The position numbers and the translations under genes were made by a program. A model generated the notes under the pieces. That model was not told the origin of the DNA. It ran no database searches and saw nothing but the letters and a program-made list of their open reading frames with translations. A stretch of DNA of 63,796 nucleotides, counting the filler, from Octopus bimaculoides (Eukaryota): the NCBI RefSeq assembly GCF_001194135.2. It is 6 parts of 6 records of this genome, joined end to end, with 100 filler letters (N's around TTAATTAATTAA, not from the genome) between each part and the next. Parts side by side here need not be neighbours in the genome. Positions count along the whole stretch, not along the records: positions 62,430 to 63,796 come from NC_068996.1; 5 more parts are not named here. One strand, given 5' to 3'. Shown in pieces: positions 62,615-63,796 of the stretch. Each line of letters starts with the position of its first letter. Within the stretch, counting starts at the first letter, position 1.

Positions 62615-62873
62615 TGAGCACTATCTTTTGATAGTGCTCATGGGAACTGCCCATATCCTACGTAAAATACTGTCTATGTGATCTCAAATTTTAAAACAAA
62701 CACATAATTTTCTTTTGGTTTCTTAAACATTCACTAGAACAAAACTGTACAAATTCAAATATATGGTACCCTAGGCATAACACCTACATGAACTTCTAAC
62801 TTGTTGTCTCTTGATGTCTCTGGGTGAGACTTGGATCCAACTTGTACAAATGCAAAATAAAAGTCAAACATAA

Positions 62874-62875
<2 letters not shown>
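62615..62875 (+). mobile_element. 5'-truncated Dong/R4-type LINE 3' end with short 5' inversion
   Basis: IVLMGTAHILRKILSM* matches the RLE-LINE C-terminal (QK..LLGTA.ILRKVL) motif. It is followed by a 3' UTR and (AAT)n. Confidence 0.75.
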
Positions 62876-62929
<54 letters not shown>

Positions 62930-62935
62930 TTATGA

Positions 62936-63325
62936 TGATTTCATTTATTTGCCATAAGGGCGTAGCAGAAGGGGAACAATACAGAGACAGACATAAATTT
63001 TGTGGGTTTACATATAATAATGAAATGATTAAAAAAAAAGTAAAGTATACATGGTATACACTGGAAATGAAACGACATATGCATAGCATACAAAGGTAAA
63101 ATAAATGGAGGGAAAGATGATGGAGATGCGGCCCTCCTGATACAGGAACGCCTCTAGGTATAATCGAGGAACTCCACTGTCCGAGATTTCTCTGAAACCC
63201 CATGAGCAAGTGCCCTCTCCAATTCCTTCCCGCCTACACTTAGAGCGGTACCAACCATTTTTGCAACTTTCACCCACCTTTCAATAAACTCACTCGAGGA
63301 CAGCACTTCCCTCTCCAACCTTAGT
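62936..63325 (-). mobile_element. L1/Tx1-type LINE 3' end
   Basis: Minus strand reads RKLRLEREVLSSSEFIERWVKVAKMV, a Tx1-like ORF2 terminus. The 3' UTR ends in aataaa next to the (AAT)n array. Confidence 0.55.
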
Positions 63326-63329
63326 TTCT

Positions 63330-63755
63330 TTCCAAGTGAAACTTGAAGAAGTCAATGGCAACTCTACCAAAGAGGAATGTAACATGCAGCACATATGCTA
63401 TATAGTTGATGTTGCAAGCCTCTTTGAACCCCGAATAGTCATGAAAGAAGGCGAGCGGATAATTTCTTCAGTACGAAATTGCCCGGCTATGGAAACTGAA
63501 GGAGAGAAAGATAGTGACAATTAATGGTGGGTCCTTGGCGACAGTATCAGAAAGCATCTAAGCGAATATAAAGAAAATTGGAATAGAGGGCCCAGTAGAA
63601 GTGTTGCAAAAAGTTTGCCTCTTTGGCACGGCCAGAATAATCAGGAAAGTATTTGATAGTTGAAAAGAACAGATAGCATGGTACCGTAGTCTGCAGGCAG
63701 CAAGCCCACTACGCACGGAAGACTCCAGGAGTTACAACAAAACCTGAGCTAAAAA
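63330..63755 (+). mobile_element. Dong/R4-type LINE 3' end (RLE domain remnant)
   Basis: CYIVDVASLFEPRIVMKEGE... and GSLATVSES..NIKKIGIEGPVEVLQKVCLFGTARIIRKVFDS* match the restriction-like endonuclease C-terminus. (AAT)n tail follows. Confidence 0.8.
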
Positions 63756-63796
63756 GAATAAATAATAATAATAATAATAATGATAATGATTATGAT

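Overview
AT-rich eukaryotic (animal) draft-assembly scaffold with many N gaps. The SINE families, microsatellite load and repeat types point to an octopus genome; this is an inference from memory of octopod repeats, not a database hit. I recognise no intact protein-coding gene, rRNA, true tRNA gene or CRISPR array. Nearly all listed ORFs are translations of microsatellites or N-runs. The window is intergenic or intronic DNA. It contains three abundant SINE families (labelled A, B and C here, several copies with clear target-site duplications) and decayed DNA transposons: three mariner fragments, piggyBac derivatives, a Tc1/mariner double-right-arm MITE, a Mutator-like MITE and a possible Academ remnant. 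It also carries LINE 3' ends (RTE, Dong/R4, Tx1) and simple repeats. The best second-look items are: (i) a palindromic element built from two transposase 3' ends (60955-61506); (ii) a TIR element carrying telomere-like repeats (23651-24275); (iii) a degenerate Penelope-type hammerhead ribozyme (10752-10797); (iv) Dong/R4 ends in (AAT)n, one with a short 5' inversion; (v) a 28-bp perfect inverted repeat (54163-54342); (vi) unverified candidate exons, including a possible minus-strand 5' gene end with an ETS/CCAAT promoter near 8060-8106. I found no convincing novel multi-gene system.
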